A stretch of DNA of 64,000 nucleotides from Paracoccaceae bacterium (GCA_020832725.1 JAFIEC010000418.1:5518-69517), one strand, 5' to 3'; positions 23,288 to 32,450 are shown, numbered from the stretch's first letter. Made by a program: numbers and translations. Notes: generated by a model not told the origin, from the sequence alone.

Positions 23288-24750
23288 GCGCGCTGGTCCT
23301 CCTTCTGGTGCTGCCGCTGGCGGCGGCGCTGGCGACACTGCTCGCCCCGCGCGCGGCCCCCGCGCTGACGCTGGGCAGCGCGGCAGCGGGGGTGGGCGCA
23401 GCGCTGCGGCTGGCGCAGACGGTCGCGCAGGACGGCGTGCAGGCCATCGCGCTGGCGGGCTGGGCGCCGCCGCTGGGGATCACGGTGGCCGCCGACGGGC
23501 TGGCGGCGGCGTTCGTGCTGATGACGGCGCTGGTGATGCTGGCGGTGGCGCTGGCCGCAAAGGTGGACCTGGCGCCCGGCCGGGCGGGGGCGCGCGTGGC
23601 CTTCGGCTTCTGGCCCATCGCGCTGCTGCTCTGGGGGGCGCTGAACGCGGTGTTCCTGTCGCGCGACCTGTTCAACCTCTATGTCGGAATCGAGTTGCTG
23701 ACGCTCGCGGCGGTGGCGCTGGTGGCGCTTTCGGGCAAGCCGGGCGCGCTGGTCGCGGCGATGCGCTACATGATCTTCGCGCTGGCCGGGTCGCTGCTGT
23801 ATCTGCTGGGCGTGGTGCTGGTCTACGGGGGGCATGGCACGCTGGACGTGGGCCTGCTGGCCGCCCGCACCCCGGCTGCGACGGACGCGCTGGCGCTGGC
23901 GCTGATGAGCGCGGGGCTTGCCGCCAAGACGGCGCTGTTTCCGTTCCATGTCTGGCTGCCCCCGGCGCATGCGGGCGCGCCTGCACCGGCCTCGGCGATG
24001 CTCTCGGGGCTGGTGCCAAAGGCCTCGTTCGTGATCCTGATCCGGCTGGGGTTCGAGGCGATGCCGGATCAGGCGGGTGCCGGGGCGCTGTTGCTGCTGG
24101 GCCTGATGGGCGCGGCGGCGGTGATCTGGGGCAGCCTGCGGGCGCTGTCGCAGCCGCGGCTGAAGCTTATCGTCGCCTATTCGACGGTGGCGCAACTGGG
24201 CTACTTGTTCCTGGTCTTCCCGCTGGCGGGGGGCGATGGCGCGGCGCAGCCCTGGGCGGCCGGGGCCTGGACCGGGGCGATGTTTCAGGCGCTGTCGCAC
24301 GGGCTGGCCAAGGCGGCAATGTTCCTGTGCGCGGGGCTGTGGGTCATGGCCGCCGGGGGGGACCGGCTGACGGACCTGCGCGGGCTGGCGCGGCCGATGC
24401 CGATGACTGCCATGGCCTTTGGCCTTGCGGCGGTGACGCTGATGGGGCTGCCGCCCTCGGGCGGGTTCACGGCCAAGTATCTGATGATGACCGCCGCCTT
24501 TGCCTCGGGGCAATGGGGCTGGGCGCTGGTGCTGGCCGGGGGCGGGCTGCTGGCGGCGGGCTATCTGTATCGCCCGATGGCCGAGGTTTTCGCCCGCGAC
24601 TGTCCGGTCACGCCGCAGCCGGTGGCGCGTGCCTGGCAGGCGGTGCCGCTGGCACTGGCGCTGGCGGCGATCGTGCTGGGCCTGATCTCGGCACCGCCCT
24701 TCGATCTGCTGCAGGTCGGGCGCCCCGCGGCGGCGGAGGTGGGGCTGTGA
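23284..24750 (+). CDS. mrpD: Mrp subunit D-like proton-conducting membrane transporter (NuoN/NuoM family), copy 1
   Basis: 488 aa polytopic. Motifs FNLYVGIELLTL, KTALFPFHVWLPPAHAGAPAPASAMLSG, AYSTVAQLGY. GTGA overlap with mrpC. Confidence 0.85.
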   Translation: MSALVLLLVLPLAAALATLLAPRAAPALTLGSAAAGVGAALRLAQTVAQDGVQAIALAGWAPPLGITVAADGLAAAFVLMTALVMLAVALAAKVDLAPGRAGARVAFGFWPIALLLWGALNAVFLSRDLFNLYVGIELLTLAAVALVALSGKPGALVAAMRYMIFALAGSLLYLLGVVLVYGGHGTLDVGLLAARTPAATDALALALMSAGLAAKTALFPFHVWLPPAHAGAPAPASAMLSGLVPKASFVILIRLGFEAMPDQAGAGALLLLGLMGAAAVIWGSLRALSQPRLKLIVAYSTVAQLGYLFLVFPLAGGDGAAQPWAAGAWTGAMFQALSHGLAKAAMFLCAGLWVMAAGGDRLTDLRGLARPMPMTAMAFGLAAVTLMGLPPSGGFTAKYLMMTAAFASGQWGWALVLAGGGLLAAGYLYRPMAEVFARDCPVTPQPVARAWQAVPLALALAAIVLGLISAPPFDLLQVGRPAAAEVGL

Positions 24751-24788
24751 TCGACCTTTCCCGCCTCGCTTCAGATTGCGCGCATGAA

Positions 24789-24838
24789 GCGCCCTCGGGC
24801 CGCGCCCACCCACCCGCCCCTGCACGCCCCGAGGGCGC
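24789..24838 (+). repeat. GC-rich hairpin with invariant loop CCCACCCACCCGCCCC (family copy 1)
   Basis: Arms GCGCCCTCGGGCCGCGC / GCACGCCCCGAGGGCGC (2 mismatches) flank the exact 16-mer at 24805-24820. The same 16-mer recurs at 52485, 60247 and, reversed, at 51342. Confidence 0.8.
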
Positions 24839-24864
24839 CTGCCCCTGCCGGGGGCAGGGGCAGG
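24838..24864 (+). repeat. Perfect 12-bp-stem hairpin in the mrpD1-mrpD2 spacer
   Basis: CCTGCCCCTGCC-GGG-GGCAGGGGCAGG read directly from the sequence. It abuts the family hairpin. Confidence 0.75.
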
Positions 24865-24913
24865 GGGCGGCCTGTGAAGACGGGGTGCGCCGCGATCCTT
24901 GGCGGGCGGCGCC

Positions 24914-26377
24914 ATGACCGCATTCCTGCCCGTGGCGGTGCTGCTGTCTTCGCTGATCCCGGCCGTCGTCACCTTCTTTCTGGATCAGGAGGCGCACCGG
25001 CTGCGCAACGCGCTGACCCTGGGGGGCGCGGTGCTGAAGCTGGCCCTTATCGTCGCCATGCTGGTCGCGGTGGCGGGCGGCGCGGCCTATGAGGCGCGGC
25101 TGTCGCTGGCGCCCGGGCTCTATATCCTGCTCAGGCTGGATGCGGTGGCGCTGCTGTTCCTGTCGCTCTCGGCCGTGCTGTGGCTGCTGACCACCGTCTA
25201 TGCCATCGCCTATTTCGGCACCAAGGCGGAGCTGTCGCGCTTCTTCGGCTTCTTCAGCCTCTGCGTCGCGGCCACCACCGGGCTGGCCATGTCCGGCACG
25301 CTGATTTCCTTCCTCATCTTCTTCGAGTTGCTGACGCTGTCGACCTGGCCGCTGGTCGCGCACAAGCAGGACCGCCCCTCGCTTTCGGCGGCGCGCAGCT
25401 ACCTGTTCTATGCGCTGCCCGCCAGCGCGGCCCTGCTGATCGCCGTGATCTGGCTGGAAGCGGCCACCGGGCCGGTGGTGTTCATCGAGGCGGTGGATTT
25501 CGGCGCGCTGTCGGAAAACAGCCAGCGCGCCATCTTCGCGCTGTTCATGCTGGGCGTGGGCGTGAAGGCGGCGCTGGTGCCGCTGCACGGATGGTTGCCG
25601 GCGGCGATGGCGGCCCCCGCGCCGGTGTCGGCACTGCTGCATGCGGTGGCGGTGGTCAAGGCCGGGGCCTTTGGCGTGATCCGCGTGATCTATGACGTGT
25701 TCGGCCCCGAGCGGGTGGCGGCGTTGGGGGTCGGCGTGCCGCTGGCCGCGCTGGCTTCGGTCACCATCCTCTGGGGGTCGCTCCGGGCGCTGCAGCAGGA
25801 CGAGATCAAGAAGCGTCTGGCCTTTTCCACCGTCAGTCAGGTCAGCTACATCGTGCTGGCCGCGGCGCTGGCCAGCCCGGCTGCGCTGGTGGGGGGGCTG
25901 GCGCATCTGGTGCATCAGGGGCTGATGAAGATCACGCTGTTCTTCTGCGCGGGCATCTATGACGAGCGCGCGGGCGTCAAGCGCATCGACGGGCTGGACG
26001 GGCTGGGGCGGCGCATGCCCTGGACCTCGACCGCGTTTTCCGTGGGCGCGCTGGGAATGATCGGCCTGCCGCCGCTGGCGGGGTTCATCTCCAAGCTGTA
26101 TCTCGGGCTTGGCGGGCTGGAAGCCGGTGCGCCCTGGGTGCTGGCGGTGCTGGCGGGATCGACGCTGCTCAACGCGGCCTATTTCCTGCCGCTGCTGTAT
26201 CGGCTGTGGATCGTGCCCGCGCGAGACGGCGCGGCGGGGGACGAGCGCGCGCCGGGGCTGTTGGCGCCTGCGGTGGTGACGGCGCTGGCTTCGGTCGCGG
26301 TCGGTGTGCTGGCAGCGAGCGCGCTCAGCCCGCTGAGTTGGGCCGACCTGATCGTTGCGCGGGGGTATCTGCGATGA
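24914..26377 (+). CDS. Mrp subunit D-like proton-conducting membrane transporter, copy 2
   Basis: About 487 aa. Motifs KAALVPLHGWLPAAMAAPAPVSALLHA and AFSTVSQVSYIV. Start is ATG 24914 or TTG 24899. Its stop overlaps the next start (ATGA). Confidence 0.85.
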   Translation: MTAFLPVAVLLSSLIPAVVTFFLDQEAHRLRNALTLGGAVLKLALIVAMLVAVAGGAAYEARLSLAPGLYILLRLDAVALLFLSLSAVLWLLTTVYAIAYFGTKAELSRFFGFFSLCVAATTGLAMSGTLISFLIFFELLTLSTWPLVAHKQDRPSLSAARSYLFYALPASAALLIAVIWLEAATGPVVFIEAVDFGALSENSQRAIFALFMLGVGVKAALVPLHGWLPAAMAAPAPVSALLHAVAVVKAGAFGVIRVIYDVFGPERVAALGVGVPLAALASVTILWGSLRALQQDEIKKRLAFSTVSQVSYIVLAAALASPAALVGGLAHLVHQGLMKITLFFCAGIYDERAGVKRIDGLDGLGRRMPWTSTAFSVGALGMIGLPPLAGFISKLYLGLGGLEAGAPWVLAVLAGSTLLNAAYFLPLLYRLWIVPARDGAAGDERAPGLLAPAVVTALASVAVGVLAASALSPLSWADLIVARGYLR

Positions 26378-28011
26378 ATGCGCTTGTCACCGGGCCGGTC
26401 TGGCCGCTTCTGGTGCTGATCTGGCCGCTGCTGCTGGCGCTGGTGCCGGTGCTGCGGGCGGGGCGCGCGCATGCGCTGCAGGTGCTGCCCTTTGCGCCGC
26501 TGCCCGCGCTGGCGCTGGCGCTGGGGGGCGCGGGTGGCGTGACCGAGGCGCCGGACCTGCTGCTGGGCGTGGTGCTGGCAGCGGAACCGGCGGGCGTGCT
26601 GCTGCTGGGCGTCACGGCGCTGATCTGGGCCGTGGCAGGCTGGCAGGCGGCGCATACGCTGGAGCCCGGCGCGCAGGCGGGCATCTTCGCAGGCTTCTGG
26701 GGCCTGACGCTGGCGGGGAACCTGGGCGTGTTCCTGGCCGCCGATGCGGTGACCTTCTACGTGGCCTTTGCCGCCGTGTCGCTGGCAGCCTGGTTCCTGG
26801 TCATCCACGACCGGACCGACGCGGCGCTGGCCGCCGGGCGGGTCTATATCGTCATGGCGGTGCTGGGCGAGGTGGCGCTGCTCATCGGCCTGATCCTGGG
26901 CGTGCAGGCGGCGGGGTCGATGCTGATCGCCGATATCCGCGCGGCCTGGGGGCAGGCACCGGCGGTGGCGCCCTGGCTGTTGCTGGCGGGGTTCGGGATC
27001 AAGGCGGGGATGGTGCCCCTGCATGTCTGGCTGCCGCTGGCGCATCCGGCCGCCCCGGTGCCGGGGTCGGCGGTGCTGTCGGGCGCAATCGTCAAGGCGG
27101 GGCTGATCGGGGTGCTGCTGCTGCTGCCGCCCCAGACGGTCGGCGCTGCGCTGCTGGCGCTGGGGCTGGCCGGGGCCTTCGGCGCGGCGCTCTGGGGTCT
27201 GACGCAGACCGACGCAAAGGCGGTGCTGGCCTATTCCACGGTCAGCCAGATGGGCCTGATGCTGGCGCTGGCGGGCGCCGGGCAGGGGGCGGTGGCCTAT
27301 TACGCCGCGCATCACGGGCTGGCGAAGGGGGCGCTGTTCCTGTCGGTGGGGGCGGTGCTGGCCGCAACGGGCCGCGCGCGGGTCGCCGCGCTGGCGGTGG
27401 CGGCGGTGGCCGCCGGATCGGTGGCCGGGCTGCCGCTTTCGGGGGGCGCGCTGGCCAAGGCCGCCGCCAAGCCGGGGCTGGCCGACTGGCTGGCCCAGGC
27501 GATCACCGCCAGCAGTGTCACCACGGCATTGGTCATGGGCTGGTTCCTGTGGCGGCTGCACCGCAGCGCATTGAAGAAATCCACCCGGGCGCCGGGCGTG
27601 CAGGTGGCGGCGGCGGCGGTCCTGACGCTGGCCGCGCTCGCCGCGCCCTGGGCGCTCTGGGCGGGCTGGGTCGACCTGCCGCCCGACTACGCGCTGGGCC
27701 GCGCCCCGGTGATCGAGGCGCTGGTGCCCGTGCTGGGGGGATTGGCGGTGCTGGCGCTGGTGCTGCGCCACCCGCCGCGCGCGCGCGCGCCCGGTGACCT
27801 GCTGCTGGTGCTGCCTCGGCTGCGGCTACGCTGGACCGAGGCGTGGGCAGTGCCCGGGTCGGCACTGCCGACCGCGTTCCGCAGCCAGCTTCACCGCAGC
27901 CTGCGCCGCGGGGCGGCGGCGCTGCGGCTGGTCGATGGCTGGGTCTGCCGCTGGCCGTTTACCGGAACGGTGCTGGTGGGGATGGCGCTGGTGCTGGTCT
28001 GGATCATGTAA
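26374..28011 (+). CDS. Third NuoL/MrpA/MrpD-like antiporter subunit (545 aa)
   Basis: Motifs KAGMVPLHVWLPLAHPAAPVPGSAVLSGAIVKAG and AYSTVSQMGLML. Last gene of the cluster. May supply the NuoL-like part of a split MrpA (inference). Confidence 0.8.
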   Translation: MNALVTGPVWPLLVLIWPLLLALVPVLRAGRAHALQVLPFAPLPALALALGGAGGVTEAPDLLLGVVLAAEPAGVLLLGVTALIWAVAGWQAAHTLEPGAQAGIFAGFWGLTLAGNLGVFLAADAVTFYVAFAAVSLAAWFLVIHDRTDAALAAGRVYIVMAVLGEVALLIGLILGVQAAGSMLIADIRAAWGQAPAVAPWLLLAGFGIKAGMVPLHVWLPLAHPAAPVPGSAVLSGAIVKAGLIGVLLLLPPQTVGAALLALGLAGAFGAALWGLTQTDAKAVLAYSTVSQMGLMLALAGAGQGAVAYYAAHHGLAKGALFLSVGAVLAATGRARVAALAVAAVAAGSVAGLPLSGGALAKAAAKPGLADWLAQAITASSVTTALVMGWFLWRLHRSALKKSTRAPGVQVAAAAVLTLAALAAPWALWAGWVDLPPDYALGRAPVIEALVPVLGGLAVLALVLRHPPRARAPGDLLLVLPRLRLRWTEAWAVPGSALPTAFRSQLHRSLRRGAAALRLVDGWVCRWPFTGTVLVGMALVLVWIM

Positions 28012-28171
28012 GCCGCCCACCCCGTGCAGATACGCGCCGGGTGCTTGTTGCGGGCGGGGGGAGCAGCGCGCCGCCGCTCCCGTGTGGATCCGGTCAGGCC
28101 ACGGCCGCAACGCAGGGTGACCGCTTGATCCTGCCCACTGCACGCGTGTTCCCGCACGCCGGACAGACAAG

Positions 28172-28205
28172 AGCCGCCGCACCCATGGGCACGGCGGCTT
28201 TCTGC
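28172..28205. terminator. Hairpin between the convergent mrp cluster and ftsH (possible bidirectional terminator)
   Basis: AGCCGCCG-(CACCCATGGGCA)-CGGCGGCT followed by TTTCTG on the plus strand. The loop is itself partly self-complementary. Confidence 0.5.
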
Positions 28206-28240
28206 CCTGTGCGTCGGCGCCCGGAAAGCGGCGCGCCGCA

Positions 28241-30157
28241 TCAGATCTGCGGTTCGGGCTCCATGTCGCCGCCCTCGTCGCCGCGCTTGCGCGGCCGCGT
28301 CTTGGGGATCGCCGCCACCGATGGCGTGCCGCCCGAGGGTGCGTCGCTGTCATCGTCCCGGCCCAGAGGCTCCCCCTTGATGACGCGGGTGATCTCGGCG
28401 CCGGTGAGGGTCTCGTATTCCAGCAGGCCCTGCGCCAGCCGGTCCAGATCCTCGCGTTTCTCGGTCAGGATGCGCTTTGCGGTCTCGTAGCCTTCGTCAA
28501 CGATCCGCTTCACTTCCTCGTCGATCTTCTTCTGCGTCTCGGGCGAGATCTGCGATGGCCCCTGATAGGCGCCCAGGTAGCTCTGCTGCTCGTTGGCATA
28601 GTCGATATGGCCAAGCTGGTCGGAAAAGCCGAACTGGGTGACCATGGCGCGGGCGATCCGGGACACCTGCTGGATGTCCGAGGCCGCGCCCGAAGTGATG
28701 TTGTCCATGCCGAAGACCAGTTCCTCGGCCACACGCCCGCCCATGGCCATCGCGATCTTGGACTTGTACTTGGTGTAGGTCACGGACAACTGGTCGCGCT
28801 CGGGCAACGAGAGGACCAGACCCAGCGCCCGCCCGCGCGGGATGATCGTGGCCTTGTGGATGGGATCGTGCTGCGGCACGTTCAGCCCGACCACCGCGTG
28901 CCCGGCCTCGTGATAGGCGGTCAGCTTCTTCTCTTCCTCGGTCATGACCATGGACCGCCGTTCCGCGCCCATCATCACCTTGTCCTTGGCGTTCTCGAAA
29001 TCCTCCATGGTGACGAAACGCCGGTTGCCGCGCGCCGCCATCAGCGCTGCCTCGTTAACCAGGTTCGCCAGATCGGCGCCCGAGAAGCCCGGCGTGCCGC
29101 GCGCGATGATGCGCAGATCGACATTCGGACCCAGCGGCACCTTGCGGGCATGGACGCCCAGGATACGCTCGCGGCCCTTGATGTCGGGATTGGGCACCTG
29201 CACCTGGCGGTCGAAGCGACCGGGACGCAGGAGTGCCGGGTCCAGCACGTCGGGGCGGTTGGTGGCCGCGACGATGATGATGCCCTCATTGGCCTCGAAC
29301 CCGTCCATTTCCACCAGAAGCTGGTTCAGCGTCTGCTCGCGTTCGTCATTGCCGCCGCCATAGCCCACACCGCGCGAGCGGCCCACGGCGTCAATCTCGT
29401 CGATGAAGACGATGCAGGGCGCGTTCTTCTTGGCCTGTTCGAACATGTCGCGCACGCGGGACGCACCCACACCCACGAACATCTCCACGAAGTCCGAGCC
29501 CGAGATGGTGAAGAAGGGCACGCCCGCCTCGCCTGCAATCGCGCGCGCCAGAAGCGTCTTGCCGGTGCCCGGAGGACCCACCAGCAGCGCACCCTTGGGG
29601 ATCTTGCCGCCCAGGCGGCTGAATTTCTGCGGGTGGCGCAGGAACTCGACGATCTCTTCCAGCTCGTCCTTGGCCTCGTCGATCCCGGCCACATCGTCGA
29701 AGGTCACGCGGCCGCTCTTTTCGGTCAGCAGCTTCGCCTTGGACTTGCCGAACCCCATGGCGCCGCCACGACCGCCGCCCTGCATCCGGTTCATGAAGAA
29801 GATCCAGATGGCGATCAGCAGCAGGAACGGCAGCCACAGGGTCAGCGCCGACAGGAAGCCGGACTGCTGCTGCGGGCGTGCCTCGATCGGCACGTTGTTC
29901 TGCAGGAGCCGCTCGGTCAGGCCCGCGTCCTCGGGTTTGACGGTGCTGTATTGCTGGCCGTCGCGGCCCACGAAGATCACGCGCTCGCCGTCCAGGGTCA
30001 CGCGGTTCACCTCGCCCTGCTGAACCCGCTCGATGAAGTCGGAATACGTGACCGACCGTGCCGAACTCGTTCCCTGCGTGCCGCTGAACATGTTGAACAG
30101 CATGATCATGAGCAGGAACAGTACGATCCAGAATGCGAAGTTGCGCGCGTTGCCCAC
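28241..30157 (-). CDS. ftsH: ATP-dependent zinc metalloprotease FtsH
   Basis: Walker [12 protein letters not shown], Walker B IVFIDEID, zinc site HEAGHA. GTG 30157 lies 6 nt after AGGAGG, giving the typical (M)[10 protein letters not shown]-terminus. Confidence 0.95.
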   Translation of the reverse strand: MGNARNFAFWIVLFLLMIMLFNMFSGTQGTSSARSVTYSDFIERVQQGEVNRVTLDGERVIFVGRDGQQYSTVKPEDAGLTERLLQNNVPIEARPQQQSGFLSALTLWLPFLLLIAIWIFFMNRMQGGGRGGAMGFGKSKAKLLTEKSGRVTFDDVAGIDEAKDELEEIVEFLRHPQKFSRLGGKIPKGALLVGPPGTGKTLLARAIAGEAGVPFFTISGSDFVEMFVGVGASRVRDMFEQAKKNAPCIVFIDEIDAVGRSRGVGYGGGNDEREQTLNQLLVEMDGFEANEGIIIVAATNRPDVLDPALLRPGRFDRQVQVPNPDIKGRERILGVHARKVPLGPNVDLRIIARGTPGFSGADLANLVNEAALMAARGNRRFVTMEDFENAKDKVMMGAERRSMVMTEEEKKLTAYHEAGHAVVGLNVPQHDPIHKATIIPRGRALGLVLSLPERDQLSVTYTKYKSKIAMAMGGRVAEELVFGMDNITSGAASDIQQVSRIARAMVTQFGFSDQLGHIDYANEQQSYLGAYQGPSQISPETQKKIDEEVKRIVDEGYETAKRILTEKREDLDRLAQGLLEYETLTGAEITRVIKGEPLGRDDDSDAPSGGTPSVAAIPKTRPRKRGDEGGDMEPEPQI

Positions 30158-30231
30158 GGGGCGCCTCCTGTCAGATTGGGTGCCGGGCGTCCCCGGCGCG
30201 TGCGTCATACATAGAGATTACAGGGCCGCGA

Positions 30232-31488
30232 TCAATGCGATAATGGGCCGCGCAGCAGATCGGCGGGTCCTTGCCGTGCATGGGCACGCCATTGTGACCC
30301 GCCCCGGACCAGCGGCGCGGCCAGCACGGTATCGCCCCGCCAGACCGCCGGCGAGGCCAGCACCGAGGCGCGCGGCAGCCCGCAGGCCGCCCAGGCGCCG
30401 ATCTGCGCCAGCCCCTGCGGGCCCAGCGCGGCGATGGTGCAACCCTGCGCATCGGTGCCCGGTGCCGGGGTCAGGACCCAGCGGTTGTCCCAGGGTGCGC
30501 CGGGTGCGGCGCGCAGCCCGGCAACGGCACGCCATTCGCGCCCGATGCGCAGGCGGTCACCTGCCCGCGAGAGCACACAGCCGTGCAGGGTCGCGCGCTG
30601 CGGTTCCGCCAGCGCCCTGCGCAGCGCCGCGCGGCGCGGGCGATACGGCTGGCTTGAAAGCGCGCAGAGCACTCGCGCCACGATCCGTTCGCGGAGGTCG
30701 TCCGGCAAGGCGTCCAGCGCACGCGCATCCAGCACCGCGTCGCCCCGCTCCATGCGCAGCAACATCAGTCCCGTCGCCTGCGCGGTCCGCTCCAGCGCTG
30801 CTTGCGCCTGCGTCATGGCTGCGGCGGTCCCGGCCAGTCGCTCCGCCCCGATCCCCAGCGGTGCGAGCGCCACCAGCGCCGCCCGCGCCCGCGTGCGCAA
30901 GAAGCGGGTATCGGCGTTGGTGGGATCCTCGGCCCATCCCAGCCCGCGGTCGCGCAGCACCGAGCGTAGCACATCGCGCCGGACACCGAGGAGCGGGCGC
31001 AGCCATAGCACACCGCCACGACGGTGTGCTTCGGCCATCCCCGCCAGCCCGTCCACGCCCGAGCCGCGCGCCAGCCGCATCAGCAACGTCTCGGCCTGAT
31101 CGTCCAGCGTATGGCCCAGTGCCACCGCGCCGATCCCGCGCGCCAGCGCCCAGTCGGCGATCAGCGTCCGCCGCGCCCGCCGCGCCGCGTCCATCAGGTT
31201 GCCGCCCGGCGCCGGACCGCGTTCCCAGCGCCGAACCGCATGCGCCAGCCCCAGCCGCGCGGCAAGCGCGCCCGCCGCCGCGGCCTCAGTGGCGCTTTCG
31301 GCTCGCAACCCGTGATCCACGCTCACCGCTTCCAGCACCACGCCCTGCGCCCGCGCCCAATCCGCCAGCAGCATCATCAGCGCCATGGAATCCCCGCCGC
31401 CGGAAACCGCCACCCCCAGCCGTGCCGGTGGCAGCGCGGGCAGGAGCCGCGCCATCGCCTCGGCCAGTTTCGCGTCCGGGGGGCTCAC
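30232..31488 (-). CDS. tilS: tRNA(Ile)-lysidine synthase TilS
   Basis: PP-loop GVAVSGGGDSMAL, then LGHTLDDQAETLLMRLARGSG. GTG start is preceded by AGGAGG. Confidence 0.85.
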   Translation of the reverse strand: MSPPDAKLAEAMARLLPALPPARLGVAVSGGGDSMALMMLLADWARAQGVVLEAVSVDHGLRAESATEAAAAGALAARLGLAHAVRRWERGPAPGGNLMDAARRARRTLIADWALARGIGAVALGHTLDDQAETLLMRLARGSGVDGLAGMAEAHRRGGVLWLRPLLGVRRDVLRSVLRDRGLGWAEDPTNADTRFLRTRARAALVALAPLGIGAERLAGTAAAMTQAQAALERTAQATGLMLLRMERGDAVLDARALDALPDDLRERIVARVLCALSSQPYRPRRAALRRALAEPQRATLHGCVLSRAGDRLRIGREWRAVAGLRAAPGAPWDNRWVLTPAPGTDAQGCTIAALGPQGLAQIGAWAACGLPRASVLASPAVWRGDTVLAAPLVRGGSQWRAHARQGPADLLRGPLSH

Positions 31489-31501
31489 ACCCGCCTCCTG
31501 C

Positions 31502-31523
31502 CATCATCTGTGCAAAAATATCC
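31502..31523 (-). repeat. 22-nt conserved box (minus strand GGATATTTTTGCACAGATGATG), copy A, next to a compound GC hairpin downstream of cpoB
   Basis: Exact 22-mer CATCATCTGTGCAAAAATATCC is shared with 43803-43824. Adjacent hairpins are GGGGGC-GGCA-GCCCCC (31551-31566) and paired GCGGCCGC sites. Confidence 0.7.
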
Positions 31524-31603
31524 GCGGGGGAGGGCGGCCGCAGGCCGACCGGGGGCGGCAGCCCCCTGCGACGCGGCCGCAGGCGCGCGGCTGGACAGGC
31601 GCC

Positions 31604-32443
31604 TCACCCGCAGTTCAGGCGCGCGAAGAACGCGCGTCCGCGCGCGGCCTCCTCGGTGTCGGGGAAGCGGATCGACAGTTCGTCGAACATGACGCAGGCC
31701 TCGGAGGTTTCGCCCAGGTCCGAAAGCGCTTCGCCCAGTGCCAGCAGCGCGGCGGGCGCGCGCGGGCCCTGCGGATCCGCGGTGAACAGGTCGAGATAGG
31801 CCCGCGCGGCATCGCCATAGGCGCCGCGCGCGCTGTGCGCCACACCCAGCAGAAGCTGCGCCTCGGCGGTCATCGGCCCGCCGGGATAGGCGTCGATGAA
31901 CTCGGCCAGCGCCGCGGCGGCGTCGTCGGGGCGATCGTCCTGCAGAAACGCCGCCGCCGCCGCGAAGGCGCGGCGTTCATCGGCGGCCATCAGCGGGCCG
32001 TCGTCGCCGGGGGCGGGCTCCGGCGACGGGGCGGCGGCGATGCCATCCGGCAGGCTGAGGTCCAGCCCGCCCAGTGGCGGCGTCCGGCCCAGTTCGCTCA
32101 CATCGCCGCCTTCCAGTTCGACCAGCCGGAATTCGATATCGCCCAGACGGTTGGTGGCGTCCGACACGACCCGGCGAATGCGGAATTCCAGCTCCTCGGT
32201 CTGCGCGGTCAGACGCGCCAGCGCCGCCTCGATCCGGTCGATCCGCTCCAGTGTGTCGCCCTCGACCGGTCGTTCCGCCGCGCCATCGCCGCGCACCAGT
32301 TCGGCGCGCAGCCGGGCGATCTCGGCGCCCAGCGCCTCGGTCTCGGCGCGCAGGTCGGCGAGCGTGTCCGCCCGCAGGCCGGACCCGCCCGCACCCAGCG
32401 CCAGCGCGACCAGCACCATGAGCGGCAGGAAACGCCCGCGCAT
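31604..32443 (-). CDS. cpoB: Tol-Pal system protein CpoB/YbgF (TPR)
   Basis: Signal peptide, coiled-coil N-domain, C-terminal TPR-like region (YLDLF..P.GPRAPAALLALGEAL). Last gene after pal. Confidence 0.8.
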   Translation of the reverse strand: MRGRFLPLMVLVALALGAGGSGLRADTLADLRAETEALGAEIARLRAELVRGDGAAERPVEGDTLERIDRIEAALARLTAQTEELEFRIRRVVSDATNRLGDIEFRLVELEGGDVSELGRTPPLGGLDLSLPDGIAAAPSPEPAPGDDGPLMAADERRAFAAAAAFLQDDRPDDAAAALAEFIDAYPGGPMTAEAQLLLGVAHSARGAYGDAARAYLDLFTADPQGPRAPAALLALGEALSDLGETSEACVMFDELSIRFPDTEEAARGRAFFARLNCG

Positions 32444-32450
32444 GGCCCGC

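Noticed and set aside
20730-27771. Several 500-670-aa minus-strand ORFs (20730-22451, 22948-24972, 24608-25915, 26179-27771)
   Set aside because: They are antisense to the mrp cluster. The translations are dominated by R, Q, G, P and H, and there are no RBS or motifs. The plus-strand frames give coherent membrane proteins with coupled starts.
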